A stretch of DNA of 64,000 nucleotides from NCBI GenBank assembly GCA_048013815.1, contig CM106586.1, positions 5,146,001 through 5,210,000 on the forward strand, in the 5' to 3' direction. This DNA is from Setoptus koraiensis (lineage: Eukaryota; Animalia; Arthropoda). The notes under the pieces were generated by a model. The model made no database searches. It was given only the letters and a program-made list of their open reading frames with translations, and was not told where the DNA came from. This document shows, piece by piece, positions 35,928 through 55,095 of this stretch (positions are counted from its first letter, which is position 1; every line of letters begins with the position of its first letter). A program made the translations under genes and the position numbers.

Positions 35928-37395
35928 GATCTGTATTTGTTGTGATTGAATGTATTACATGTAGTTGTTTTGTTTGTTGTCATATAACTATTACAATTAC
36001 TACTAATCGATATTATCCTCCTATCCATGATATATTGAATCTAGCTATCCAGAGGGTTGGCCGACATTACATGATAATATTATTGCCACTAGTAAAATAT
36101 TATTAATAATAATGCTAGTAATGCCGGTTATAATGGTAATAAATAGTGTGTAATTGTAACGACTAAAATTGATATAAAATAGATAATAATGATGATAATG
36201 GTATTACAAAAGTGGTGATAGTTGTGTCGACAGCGTCAGTTGTGATAATATAATATCTTGTAATATAAATATATATTTATATACGAAATGGTGAACGGTT
36301 GGCATTAGTAAATCATTTCAGGACTCCTGAATCAGGAGCGTGTGTGTGTGTGTGATTGTAGCAAAGTAGTGTGATGTTTCAAACTCGGTACTACTGTATC
36401 ACCATCAATACACACGGGATCAATTCCACTTCTAGCCACTAATAATAATTTTCTTTTTCTTTTTTCTTTTTCTTGTCTTGTTTCTTGTGTCTGGTGTCTA
36501 GTGTGTGTGTGTGTGTCTAGCAGTAAGTTGGATTAGTTGTTGGCTGACGGTGGCGCTCGTCGAGGTGCAATATGACTGACTATATCCGACCTATTCCACG
36601 GCAAACGCCAAACGAGTAAATACAAGTAAATGACGAGTAGTAAATGTGTTGCTGTTTGGTAAGTAACTTATCTATATTTTCACTTGATCGTACACTTGAT
36701 TGAATGATGTAATATAATAACATCGGCTTGAGCGTTGTCGGCAATGTTATAATATTATAAACAGTAGTGGTGGTATTAGCTAAATAGCGACACACTATGG
36801 CGATACATGCATTAAACACACACGCACTATTTGGTATTAACCTTTTGAGCAAGCAAATTTGTTTTTGTAAAGCCACTTCTTTCACTCTATCGCTTCTTAT
36901 TATTATTTTTATTATTGCTTAATTGATTAATAATAATATCACTGCTTGTGCTGCTGCTGCTGCTGTCGATATAATTCTTTTATTTTATCTCCGATATCTC
37001 TGTTGTTGCGTTATCCTTGTGGTGGTAATAATACCATTATATAATTCTTTTTTCGTTTTATTGGTGACCAAGGTAAGCGGTCGACGGGGCAACACACCAC
37101 GTTAAACAAATAACACGAGATTGTGCATGTACATTAACGCTTGCAACTGGCACAGTAGCTGGCTCTCGAGTGGTTCGTCTTGCCGTCGTCTTGATTCGCC
37201 CGTTCGTTCGTTCTTTGGTTGGTTGGTTCGTTCGATTATTATTATTGTTATTGCTATCACATTGATGCCATGAGCTCGAGTGTGCGAGTGTGTGTGCGCG
37301 AAACAGTGTGTGCACAGTGCCCTACACTAACCGACTAACTAAAGCAAGATGGCAGCAAGACAGCAGCTAGATTGCTGCAAGTTCGATTTTGTTTC

Positions 37396-37397
<2 letters not shown>

Positions 37398-37487
<90 letters not shown>
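37398..37487. repeat. (GT)n microsatellite
   Basis: About 45 perfect GT units. It explains the CV/HT-repeat ORFs in the track. Confidence 0.97.
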
Positions 37488-37488
<1 letters not shown>

Positions 37489-38500
37489 TATCTGTGCGAG
37501 CGTTGCGAGTGTGGACCAGCAGCCGACCAACGAATGAACAACGAGCAACGAAAATCGAACAAACGAACGAACGAGCGAACAAACCGACCGACCGACCAAC
37601 CAACTATACAACATGTATAAAACAAATTTCATCACATGTGAAGGAGCGGGGGAAAGGAGCCGCGCCGCACTGCCCAACACCATCGCTCACCCCCTTAGCC
37701 CTCACTATATCACTGACGGAGGATGGATCATCGCTGTTGTTCTTCTCCGTTGTTCCTATGCGCTGTTGCCCTTACTCTTAACCAATGCAGCCAACAATGA
37801 GTGAGTCAATGCACTTCAAATATAAACAAACGAACAAGCGAACGAACGCTAAACTGCCGCCGCCGCCACTGAGGCTGCTGCTGTGTGTCTGCTGCGTTAG
37901 TGACTCACTATACTACGCGTAGCCAATCAGACGCCTAACATACACACACACAGTTTCATTCTTTTGCATTTACCACACACTACTGCTGCGCTCTCTGTGA
38001 TCGCTTGCCAATGTCCGACGCATCCGACGCGAAACAGTTCTCTCTGAGGCGGCGCAGTTATGATTTCGTCATACAGCAGCAAACACGCCATTGGGCATGT
38101 AACAAAAAACACCAACACGTTTAGTGAAACACTCTGCCTTTCGTACGCCATTCCAAAGCGACGCGAGCGCACCTAGCGGATTTTTCCCATCAACGTCTTG
38201 GACAGTGTGGAACTTTACTAGAGCACTATTTGCACTGAATGGGCCTAGCATGCGATGGATGCCGCCGGTCTTCGTGGCGACCGACGTTGAACGCTCTCGA
38301 AGTGAGTTGTCATCTCGCTTCGCCGGATGGCGCTCTAATCGTCTCCCAGCCACATGTGATCGGATGCAAAATGTAAACAAGCGCAGCATAGCAAATGGTG
38401 AAACATTGTTATTTTCACGTTGGTAGCCGACATGTTACACCATAATTAATAAACCTATTATCGTCCAATCGTTATTGCTACGATAACTATTGTACCACCA

Positions 38501-39763
38501 ATGTTTAAAGTGCTGGGTATAGAGACAAGCTGTGATGACACCGGAGTGGCTATCGTTGATTCACAAGGACAAATACTGAGCAATTGTCTAAATTCACAAT
38601 TGGCCATACACCTGAGAAACGGCGGAATTTTACCTGTGATAGCTCGAGATCATCATGCCCAAAATATAGACTCGCTCACCAAGCAGGCACTGGAAAAATC
38701 TCGACTATCCATAAGTAAAGATGTCGACGCCATCGCGGTCACCAACAGGCCAGGACTTAGACTCTCGTTGAATGTTGGCCTGTCCTATGCCAAACAATTG
38801 GCCAGAAAATATTCCAAACCTCTGATTCCTATTCATCACATGCGAGCTCACGCCCTCACTGCATTAATGAAACACAAATCGGCCATACGATATCCCTTTT
38901 TGGGTCTACTCGTAAGTGGCGGACATTGCCTATTGACATTGGTTAAACGACACGACGATTTTCTTTTACTAGGCCAATCACTCGACGAGGCTCCTGGTGA
39001 CACTTTGGACAAAATAGCTCGCAGACTTAAATTGAAAAATCTCGGACCTCCATACGATAGAGTCAGTGGTGGTGAAGCGATAGAGATTCTAAGTCGTCAA
39101 GCGGAAGCCAACCCGAACAAATATTTCGCCCAAGGATTGAATGAAGTGCCATTGGCTCAATATAGATCGTGCGATTTCAGCTTTTCGTCGTACAGGAACA
39201 GTGTTGACAAAATGGTAATTCCTAACATACAACACATGATTGCCTCAGGAACAAGTAAGCAAGCAATGTTTGAAGAACTCGGCCACGTGAGTGCTTCACT
39301 TCAGAGAGTGATGGTAAATCAAATCATAAAGAAAATCCAACGTGCTCTGTTGTACTGTCGGAGTGAGAGCTATCTCAATGATGGTAATTGTCGTTCTGAA
39401 ACGATCGATTTGGTCATCTCTGGCGGAGTTGCCTGCAATCAGTACTTCTGTGATACGATCAGGAATTTTTGCATCAATCAATGGTCTCAAGATATGAAGG
39501 TCTATGTACCGGACAAGAGTTTGTGTTCTGATAATGGGGCAATGATTGCATGGAACGGAGTATTGGAATACGAGCACTACAAATCTCAGCAGGACACAAA
39601 CAACAATGTTTATGAAACAAACAGATTCGACGAGATAACTGTACAAAACGAGGAAGACATAGGTGAGGATTATCGCCAACATGTGATAGACAGCGATATT
39701 AAGCTTGAAAAGTTGAAAAAAACTGCAACAGTTGAGAAGAATTCAATACAAAATCTCGACTAA
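38501..39763 (+). CDS. OSGEPL1: Mitochondrial-type tRNA N6-adenosine threonylcarbamoyltransferase (TsaD/Qri7 family)
   Basis: VLGIETSCDDTG, PGLRLSLNVG, PIHHMRAHAL, LLVSGGHC, LGQSLDEAPGDTLDKIARRL, FSFS, VISGGVACN and CSDNGAMIAW. Intronless ORF of 420 aa. Confidence 0.94.
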   Translation: MFKVLGIETSCDDTGVAIVDSQGQILSNCLNSQLAIHLRNGGILPVIARDHHAQNIDSLTKQALEKSRLSISKDVDAIAVTNRPGLRLSLNVGLSYAKQLARKYSKPLIPIHHMRAHALTALMKHKSAIRYPFLGLLVSGGHCLLTLVKRHDDFLLLGQSLDEAPGDTLDKIARRLKLKNLGPPYDRVSGGEAIEILSRQAEANPNKYFAQGLNEVPLAQYRSCDFSFSSYRNSVDKMVIPNIQHMIASGTSKQAMFEELGHVSASLQRVMVNQIIKKIQRALLYCRSESYLNDGNCRSETIDLVISGGVACNQYFCDTIRNFCINQWSQDMKVYVPDKSLCSDNGAMIAWNGVLEYEHYKSQQDTNNNVYETNRFDEITVQNEEDIGEDYRQHVIDSDIKLEKLKKTATVEKNSIQNLD

Positions 39764-42577
39764 TTTAAATATAATATTGCGTGTCACATCATGAAGAGGG
39801 CGACATAACATGCCCTTCAAAAGTGGCACTTATGCCTTATTGATCTTGTCCGTTCTGTCTGGAGTTTATGAAGAAATCAGTGTCTTATGTTGTTCAATCA
39901 ATCTGCGCCGACAACGATGACGAATCATCGACATTGTGATAGCGTTCAGATAGATTAAGAGAGGGAGAGATGATAGTTAAAGAGGGAGTGATAATTATCA
40001 TGATACATATATATGTATCATAGCCCATTATTCGTACAAATGTCTAGTGTATACAGGCGCCTATAGAAATTGACGACTGTGATGACGAATGCAACTAAAC
40101 TCTATCGGCCGACTGACTCACTGACTGGCTAGACATGTCGCTCGCTAACTTGCGAAAAATCGCGGTCTAGAACGATTTGGACCATATCCAATGCGTAATG
40201 TTGTTACTCAAGTAGACTCAGCAGCATGTACAATGATAAGCTACATTGTTGAGGCCGCTGCCCCATCTTTGAAACCTTGAGGAAATATCAATTCGTTTAG
40301 CCGAATGCGCACGACGTGTATCGTCGTCAAGTGTAGTCCTCGTCACAGGCTTCCTCCGGGCTCACATTTATATAAGACGTTCTTATATTTGGACTTATTT
40401 TGCTCATTCAGTCACTCATACATTGGTATATGTACACTCCCAAGCGCGTTAGACCTTTGAATGAGCTCTGATGATGTGTTGTTCTCTCATTGTTACTGCT
40501 GCTCAAGGTTCAATCTTGTCAGTTTATTCTTCTCCAGCGTTTCTCCGGCTTGCCAGCTCCCTAATGAGTTGTCTAATTCTTTTTAGTGGCTCGTTGGACT
40601 GCGTACGCCTCTATCAAGCCAGTTTAAGATGGATAATAAAATTGGTAGCAGCAACGATAGTGGCGACTGAGACTGTCGACTTGGCGTCGTGATAAAACTA
40701 AAAATTACTACCAAAATCTTATCTGTATATGTGTGCGTGAGTGTGAGTGTGATCTTTAGATTTTCAATCTTACCGCATCTCTCTATTCTTCGCTAGTAAG
40801 CTATTGCAGTTGTTGTGCACCGCTGCAGTATAAGGTCTCGACCTCGGCTTGCAATGTCGGAGGTCTATTATCTATTACAAATCAACGATAGAAAATGACA
40901 TTAGTGCGCCGAGCGAGAACTGCAAAATTATCTTTAGCTGTTTACTCAAGTTGTAGAGGTAGCTTGAGTTGAGCGAAGAGGCTGCAGTTTGAACCCCCTA
41001 TTATTGTTGCAGTGAATCAAGTGCATTCGTGTGTTTGTTTGTGGTGATAAGAGCGGTGGTAAACACACACACTCAAACTTATATACATACACAATTTGCT
41101 TATATCCGAAATAGGTTATATCTGTCGGGCTGACTGATTGTTATCCAGCAGCAGTTAGATGTGCAAAAAGAATAACGAGAGAGCAATCAGAATAAACTAC
41201 CGCTTGCTCAGTTGAGTGACGAGACTTTGCAATTTTCTAAATAAGTATATCTGTTAACGATAGAAATCTGTTGATCTCTGGCGAGCGTAAGCCTCGCCAA
41301 GTGGATTTCGCAGTGACTTATTAAGTGTGCGAACGCGACGAAAGAAGCGCATTGACGAAACCGTAAGTTGTTGTCATACATAGTTGTCAGTTAGCTCTCG
41401 TCTCATGCTAAGGTTATCGCGACGAGGACAAGGCCATTCTAATCCTTTGATGACACAATCTCATCATCGACACCACCTAAGCTTAATCATTGGCTCGTTT
41501 TCACTTGTTCCACAGCGACTTATCGCTTGTGCCTGAGCATTGGACCCGTTATATTGAGTTGGCACGACTGCAAACAAACAACAACTAGATATAACAATAT
41601 GACTTGGAGCTTGGTCACGCTCTTGCTCAAGTCACTGGTGACATCGGTGACTTTGGCGCTGATGCCAGTGGTGTATCAAAAGTTGATTAGATGTGATTCA
41701 TAGCGCCTCATCTCACTCTTGGCGGGCGCTCACTTTTCTCGATATCGCAGTATCTACATTCGGCAGATACATATAAGCTCACTATATTTATATTATTCAT
41801 ATTATTATACTCTGAGGCGTTATGTAATGTTTGTTTTTTAAGCAATATACTACTCTAGTAGCGCGTGTTTTGTTGTGGCTTGTGTGCAAACAACGCATAC
41901 AAGCCACAACAATTGGATCTCCATTATTCGTCCGAAGAAACTCAGCGCCAACTAAAACTAAACTAAAAAATGAGACGCAGAAGCTCGGGTGAAAGATTCG
42001 TCATGAACAAGAGTGAGGCTGCCAGACCCCATCGGATAAACTGCCTTAGACTAGCTGATAATATCCATAAACATTGATTGCAATGCGCATGATCTTGGAT
42101 GCAACAACTCCCCGTGGAGTGCCCCCGTATCGTTAGCAATAATATATTTACATGTATAATTACTCACAATTCTTGTTCTGTTTGTTTCACTAACAGATAT
42201 ATATATATATATATATTCAATTATATATGTATGTATTCTCAAAGAGGCTCTATTTGGATATGTGCGAACGAACAAACGGCAAAACAAAAATCAACAACTA
42301 TAACTCGTTAAGTAACGTTGGACATACATCTAGCAGAGAATCCGTCCCCCAACAGTCGTTACGCTAGCGAATTGATTAGTTTGAAATTAACATCTCGAAT
42401 CATATCTTTTGACGACTCATCCACATCTGCCACCGTATACTAGTGAACAAGTGTCCTTCTGTAGATAAACAACATCTCACATATTGTACTATAGACACAT
42501 CTCTATTTAGACGCTATCTCTCTCTCTCGCTTCGCTAACCACAACAGATCAAACATTTCATCAGACTAGAAATAATC

Positions 42578-47595
<5,018 letters not shown>

Positions 47596-48426
47596 ATAAT
47601 GAAGAACAGTCAAACAAACACTATATGGATAATTTGTGTTTGTCGAAAAAAGTTGAGCAGATAAAGTGAGAAAATGTTGTCCGCGTGTCACGCACACTGC
47701 ATCTCTCAGTTGTAAAACGAAATCGCTTTATGGAATAGCACTCGGCCCATTAAGGTAGAAGGAATAGAAAAAATCAAAAGAAAAAACCAGAATTGTTATC
47801 AATATACATATGTCAAAAATAAAATTATGGATAGTCAGTCTGTTAGTGAATAAGTAAAGCTGAAGAATAATAAAAAGTCAAGTGAGAGGCTCACACAAAT
47901 AGAAAGTTCGATAGAAGAAACGAACAAAATTTAAAATTTCATCTTTTTAAATCTGGCGCTGACTTGAGAATATTGTGGGCGTGCGGCGATCTTCAGAGAT
48001 GACAAACGGCTTTCTCTCCGGACAAATATTCGAATTTCGAATGATAAAATAGAGTATCGCCAAGGCTGTGATGTTCATTTTTATGGTACACGACATTGAG
48101 AATTTAATTCTTTTTAGTTTTGAATTTTGCGCCGGACCCAATATTATCGCAATTCAGCATCATCTGTAGTAAGCAACTTCTTGCAGCAAGTGCAAGCTGT
48201 TTGCTCCACATTATTATTATTACATAGTGTGTCTCAGTATAACATTACATAACATCATCCACAGAGTATTCAAATCAAGCGAAATCACTATTATTATTAT
48301 TATTATTTATCCTATTACATAACTTGAGCAACATTACTTCACTATTATACCATAACAACAGCCCGTCACTCGTTCTCTTTCTAGGGAGCCCCTTTGATCA
48401 GTTGAGGCAACATCAGAATCGGCATC

Positions 48427-51068
48427 ATGAATCTTAACAAAGTCAAGACAAATTTTGAGCGGCTATTCGATAAGAATCTGACAGACTTAGTGAGAGGCAT
48501 CAGAAACAATAAAAACAATGAAACAAAATACATTGCCCAGTGTATCGAAGAAATCAAAGAGGAACTAAGGATACCCAATCCAAATATTAAAGCAAATGCA
48601 GTGGCCAAATTAACCTATATACAAATGCTAGGCTACGACATAAGCTGGGCGGCCTTCAATATAATTGAGGTGATGAGCTCGGATAGGTTCACTCACAAAA
48701 GAATAGGATATTTGGCAGCGTCACAATGTTTTAGTATCAACACCGATGTACTCATGCTTACGATAAATATGATTCGCAGAGTGAGTATTTTAAACCAACA
48801 TACTATTAATGTATTCTGCTATCATAACGGCAAAAAACTGATACTAATCGTTCAAATTAATGTTTTCTCTCAAAATTCTCCACTTTACACAGGATCTGTG
48901 CTCCAGAAATATGTATGATGCTGGATGTGCCATGTCCGGGCTAGGATGTTTTGTTTCAAATGAAATAGGCCGGGAATTATTCAATGACGTATTAAAGCTC
49001 CTATCATCCACTAAACCGTATCTGAGGAAGAAGGCTGTCCTATTAATGTACAAGATATTGCTAGTTTTTCCCGATACACTCAGCGAAGTCCTACCAAGAA
49101 TGGAGGAGAAACTAGACGATCCTGATCTGGGGGTGCAATCATCCGCCGTAAATGTAATCTGTGAACTAGCTAGAAAAAATCCTAGGGATTATCTTCATCT
49201 GGAAGGCACATTTTACAAACTCATGGAGAACTCGTCCAACAATTGGATGTTGATAAAGATCATTAAACTATTTGGCGCACTCACACCTCTTGAGCCAAGG
49301 ATTGGCGAAAAACTCATCGAACCATTGGTCAATCTTGTGCATAGGTTGGTATTTTAAACTTTCTCAATCTGGTAGCTAAGGAAACAAACAATTGCCATTG
49401 CCTCATTTTATCCGTTTTATTTTATTTTATTTTACTCTTACAGTACCTCCGCGATGTCAGTATTGTACGAATGTATCAGTACCATTATGGCAGTGTTGAT
49501 ATCTTTAACGTCGAGCATGCCAAAGGCCAGGGCATCCGGTCATAGACAACTTTGTGCCCAGAAGTTGCGTGTACTCATTGAAGACTCCGACCAGAACCTC
49601 AAATATCTTGGTCTGCTTGCGATGAGAAAAATTCTTCAGACCCACCCCAAATCAGTCAGAGCACACCAAGACATTATATTAACATGCCTAGAGGACAAAG
49701 ATGAATCTATCAGACTAAGGTGAGTGTCGCAATTAGTAATATCGAATCAGATAATTTCTTCACTAGCACAAACTAATTTATTCTGGACGGGTCATTTATT
49801 TTTTACAACTCAGGGCATTGGATTTGTTATATGGTATGGTATCTAAAGAAAATCTAACAACTCCAGACGCAAACGGAATCGTCGACCGACTTATGAAACA
49901 CGTTTCAGCGTCACAATTGGGAAACAAATTCAGAGACGAAATAGTTTTGAAAGTGATTGACATATGTTCAAGGAATGATTACTTTTACATCAAAAATTTC
50001 GATTGGTACATTACTGTATTAGTGACACTAGCCAGTATCGACGGTGGCACCAGCCATGGAGACTTAATCGCTCAACAATTGTTGGACGTAGCTGTTCGTG
50101 TTGAACAAGTTAGACCTTACGCTACAAGACAAATGGCTGCTATACTGGATCACACGGACAAATTCCTTAGCAATTTCTCTGTTACTGAGGTTCTTTACGC
50201 AGCTTCATGGATTTGCGGAGAATATTCTGAATTTTTACCAGACAAATCAGCTACAATGTTCAACCTGTTAGGCGCTATGTCATTTGCTCCATACATATTA
50301 GCGGTGTTTGTTCAAAATGCCTGCAAAATTTTCTCACGAATAGCACAAGATAAGCCGACGGATTTTGAAACAATATGCAATAGGCTTAAGCAGACTGAGC
50401 TCCGCCGATTGTATTCAATCAACGACCTAGAAGTACAAGAACGCGTTGCAAACTTTTATTCCATTGTAGATCTTGTATTGAACGAGGATATAGACTTTAG
50501 CAAAATGTTTTATGCCTATCCATTAAACCCAGTCGCGCCCCAAGCGCAGCTCAGGGTTCCCATTCCAGCCAATTTAGACTTAGATGAGCCACTCTTCGAT
50601 AAAGATGATAAAAGTGAATGTAGTGATTCCAGCGATGACGATGATAGTAACCATCGCTTAAATGATAAGACTAATATATTTATGGAGGAAGAGCAGCAAC
50701 AATGTGCTAGAAATTCGCCCTCTGAAGAAAGACATCCAGAAAGACATTCAGAAAGAGGGGTTGGTGGATATCAGGAATTGCTTGATGATACTCGAGAAAA
50801 CGATATCCATTATCTTAGGTCTACTACAACAACCAAAGGCGATACCACCTCAAATGCAATAAATAACAACTGTGAGAAAGAGTCTGAAAATATTGAGATC
50901 GGAATTGACGCAGTTAAACAACAAGAAGATAAAAACGATAAATTTCAGGGCATTCCAGGTCTTACATCTTATCATGACTTCCTCAAAAATCAAAAGAAAG
51001 TAACTAAGTCTGGCACCAAAAAAAAGATTGTTATAAAGAAGAAGAAGCGATTAGTCAATTCTCAATAA
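48427..51068 (+). CDS. AP3D1: AP-3 complex subunit delta (garnet); exons 48427-48780, 48893-49344, 49444-49719, 49814-51068 (778 aa)
   Basis: FERLFDKNLTDLVRGIRN, KANAVAKLTY, GYDISWAAFNIIEVMSS, KRIGYLAASQCF, KPYLRKKAVL, DQNLKYLGLLAM, DESIRLR|ALDLLYGMV, EVLYAASWICGEY and LNPVAPQAQLRVPIP. Canonical phase-compatible introns. Confidence 0.96.
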
Positions 51069-52602
51069 ATTTAATTGATAATCTTGAAACATCTTCATCC
51101 GATATTGCTAGAGAAATACATAGGGGATTATGATAACTTATTATTGCGAAAGAATCAGATAAATAATAATTAGATCCGTAGGGTAGAAGAAAGTTCCATT
51201 TATTCCATTAGGAATGGTTTTGATTAATGATTAGATCTTTGTGTCGGCTCATTTTTGGTGAACTCAATTGAAGGGCTTCACTTGCTATTCAAATTACTGA
51301 GTTTTGTGTCGGATTACGGACCTAGTACCTCTAGTACTTTGACAGAGCATGCACCTATGTTAAGCGCATGAGTCCTACCTGTCTCTTAGAATCAATTAGA
51401 TCATGACTTATGGCTCGACGATAGTTGACATTCTGTCTATCTCAGCGAAACCAACCTATCAAAGCTCACGGGCTGAGCCCCTCAACCAAGGACATCGCTA
51501 TTTTGTTTGATTGAGTTTTGTTTTCGAGAGTGTTCATTGAGCAGAAACGTTGCTGTAGTTTTGTATGTCTATAGCAACAGATCAACTTGAGTTTTGCAAG
51601 GTCTGATGGGAAAGAAAGGCGATCTGGGAGGCGCTGATTTTTTCAATTGTCTGCCTTATGATTCGACCCTGACGAGAAGTTTTGGACAGACGTCTCTAAG
51701 AGATTGTACATTTTCAGCGATTCTGATTAGAAACTCTTCTATTTCTCTATTTACATGAACCAGTAGAGGGTTTTCATGTCAGCGATTGCAAGACAACAAT
51801 GAGATTACAAAGACTTGTAACTGATTAGAATAAATTGTTTGCATCGGCTAGTTATATCTACTGGCCACCCGCAATCATTAAAGCTACATAACTATAATCA
51901 ATGGCGACATTGTTGCAATTTATCGGAGACAAATGCATGCAACATGCCATGAACATGAGGTTGTATGTCATGTCGTCAATCTTGCACACCCCTATCAGCG
52001 GGCTATCTATCAATCGATGTATTTTATAGTCGGCCTAGTAAATTAGATTTGTGAGTGATGACGACGAGGACGATAAATGGTGGTAAAGTATAGTTTGAGA
52101 TAAGAAATACATAAATTGATAGTGAGATGTTTGTTAAGATTGCGTTAGATGAGGGATGCGTCATCTGTTAACCATTGCAAATTGGTAGATTTCCTATGGG
52201 CGCTTCTCTTTGATTTTATTCAATTTCGTATTCCTGCCCGATTATGTGTCGATCCATGCGATCGACGTTGCAACTCGGCCAGTCTATCTGTCTGATTGAT
52301 TTTTGATATTTTTCACTAGTTATCTGGTTGGGCTATGATGATCAGCTATCATGAGTTTATCTGCCTGGTGGCTAGTTTCGGGCGGCAAGTTAGCTGATGA
52401 GCTCAAGATGAAAATAGATTCGCCGATGAGATGTCGAGATTTGAATAATTAAACTTATGAAAAATACTGACACAGATTAGATCGATCTAGATTTTCATCG
52501 CGATGATTTGCACAGAGACGATTTGCATCATGTATCACCGCAATGCGATTGTCACTATGAGGCAATTGTCACCGCGATGCCAATCTCCTAGATCGCAATG
52601 GA

Positions 52603-52939
52603 CTAGACATATTTACTTCGCTGATCAACTGAAAACTGGAAGCCAAACAGCAGCTTCTCCTCGCCTGTACTGATCTCAAATCGGCCAGCTAAAGTCGTTT
52701 TATCCCAACATCCAGCCTTGCGACACACACTAACCCTAGTGACAGTCTTGTGGTACGAGCTGACACGTGACACTTGATTACGTAAAGAGCCGGCAGCAAT
52801 CAGATCATGACGAGGGTATTTTTGAAAATAGTCAAAAGAAAGAACGGCCCTAGTGTAAGCAATATCATCTAGATCGGACCGTGTGGGAATAATGTATTCG
52901 TCCTCATTCTGCTGATATTTATCATCTCGATGACGCCAT
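52603..52939 (-). CDS. Orphan exon-like ORF, product unknown
   Basis: About 110 open, high-complexity codons after a T-rich tract and a TAG acceptor (52940-52941), with a possible donor GTAAAT at 52616. No family recognised. Confidence 0.3.
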
Positions 52940-55045
52940 CTATCAATTGCCACATCGACACAATATGAAAAAAAAAACACAAAAGTTTTCCTCCTTCTTT
53001 TACCGATTGCAAAATTGGAAATTTTAACCGGTTACCGACTCTTTAAATGATTTTTATTCACAATCATGGAAAATTTCCAGAATCAGTGTGTATAATTAAT
53101 TTGAGAAAGACTACCGCTGATGATAAAAAACAACAGCAGTGTATCGGAGTGTGAGATTAAAAGTTCTCCCATTTCGTCTGATAAAGCCGATTATTACTCT
53201 TCAAGACTTTAAAAAATGACAATAAATGACGACAATAAAATTTGTACCATAGTGCCGCTACCAAATTTGGTCATTATCAAAGCAGAGTTTGCTCAAGTAT
53301 TTAGCCTTGCAACAGCTACACACAAGTACAAGCCAATCTTGTGATATGATCTGACAATGGCTGATACGTGACACCTGATTATGTAAAGAACAAGTGTAAT
53401 TAGTTCAAGAAAATGGTAGTCCTTGGGTGACGTCAACAACGACAACAGTAGCATTAGTGGTAGTAGTAATAGCAGCGATGGTGGCGGCAACGAAGGCAAC
53501 TGGAACCCTGAACTAATTAACTTGCTCAGTGATCGGTTAATGACCTAGCTGAGGTAACTGATAGTTGTTGCCATGGTTGAATGGTTGTTGGTGGTTGCTG
53601 CTTGATAAAGTAGGACGCAACTCGTCATTGTCACATTGGTTGAATAATATGATATTTATATATTAATAATGCGATGATATGAGCGAGTCAGTTGACGTGA
53701 CTGTCATCATATGATGATCATCACGAGAAGACGTCACACCAATCGGAATTGTTTGTTTCTATCGGCTGCGATGAACGATGGTGAACAAACATGAATTCTT
53801 TGCATTCCTGCCGCCTTTGCATCGGCCGGATAATCCAACCGCTTGATAATACGTCTTCGTCTTGTTCAATCTCGCTCAATCTAGCCAGCTCCTGTTGTAG
53901 TCGGCGGTGACATAGCTCAAGTTGGTCCCGCACTTTTGCTCTTTGTGTATTGCCTATTGTTAATGCTATTGTACTTATGCCATTGGGTTAATTACGCGCT
54001 CAAGTTGATTACCTATCGAGTTAACATGAGTTAATTGTTAATCAAGCGCGACAAATAAAAAGCGACGTACATATTTGTCGAGCTCATTAGCTCGCAATTG
54101 TTTGCGCTAATGAGCTTATTGTTGAGTGTTTGATTACAGTCGGCTATTTGATTGGCGGTTCACATAGGAGGCTCTTGTTTTATCAAATTAAACAATGCCA
54201 ATCTATCTATCTAAAGCCGGCGCTTTGTTTGGCCGGCTATTCATTGAGTATAGCATTCATATATTGAATATATATTTTCGCAATCAGCTAACTAGCTGGC
54301 TATTTGTGTTATAGGCAAGTGAGTGTGTGTGTGTGTGTGTTGCATCAAATGAGATTACGTTGGTTGATTGGCGTGCCGCATACAGACACAATTGACAGGC
54401 ACAAATATCGATGTAACGACGACAACGACGACACAAAAGTAGCTATAGTAGCACCCATCAAACAACAACGACAAGACACAAAACACAAAGTGAAAAGAAC
54501 AACAAAAAGTAATTATATTGTGTATCATAGTATCAATTGATCCCGTTCATGTGACACACCAATTATATATATTATATCACTTCCGACATGCATTAGGCTT
54601 GCGTGTGATGAATGCGATGTTGCGATGCGATTACACACAATCTCTGTCTAAATCGCATCTAAATGCTAGGCGCTTTTGCAACCGCCAATTGGACACATGT
54701 TTCGCCCAATGTTTTCCGTCCCAATGTATAGAGGGAGCTGGCCGAGAATGAGCTCGATGTTTCAAGTTAATACTGGCATTGTATCAAGTTGATGCATTAG
54801 CGTTAGCCCGAGATAGGCATCTCGTGCACCAAGTTTGCGCCCAATTTATACAATTTACACCATCACAAACTACTGCTGTTGTCTGTGTTAGTCGGGCTTT
54901 GAAGGGCTTCAACGGTTTACGGTTTCGGCCTGTCCTAGGGCCCACAAAGATCCCCTCGACACCCCTGTGAGGGTCACTGGGTGGCCCATAGGGGCGCTTC
55001 AAACCTGTGCCCCAAATTGAAGCGGTCCGACTAGTCGCAAGCGAG

Positions 55046-55095
55046 GCCGCAATATATGGGCCGCAATATATGGGCCGCAATATATGAGCCGCAAT
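55046..55095. repeat. 14-bp tandem repeat GCCGCAATATATGG x ~3.5
   Basis: Directly visible. Confidence 0.9.

Noticed and set aside
37339-37781. HT- and CV-repeat ORFs
   Set aside because: Translations of the (GT)n microsatellite.
38830-38860. E-to-R change in the TsaD motif (HHMRAH vs HHMEAH)
   Set aside because: Both metal-binding His are kept and this position varies in the family (Kae1 has HCIGH), so it is not evidence of inactivation.
40524-40610. Minus-strand mini-exon RRTQSNEPLKRIRQLIRELASRRNAGEE, faintly like CRF/DH44 neuropeptides
   Set aside because: Only 29 codons, no amidation signal, and no signal-peptide exon could be linked; the similarity is within chance.
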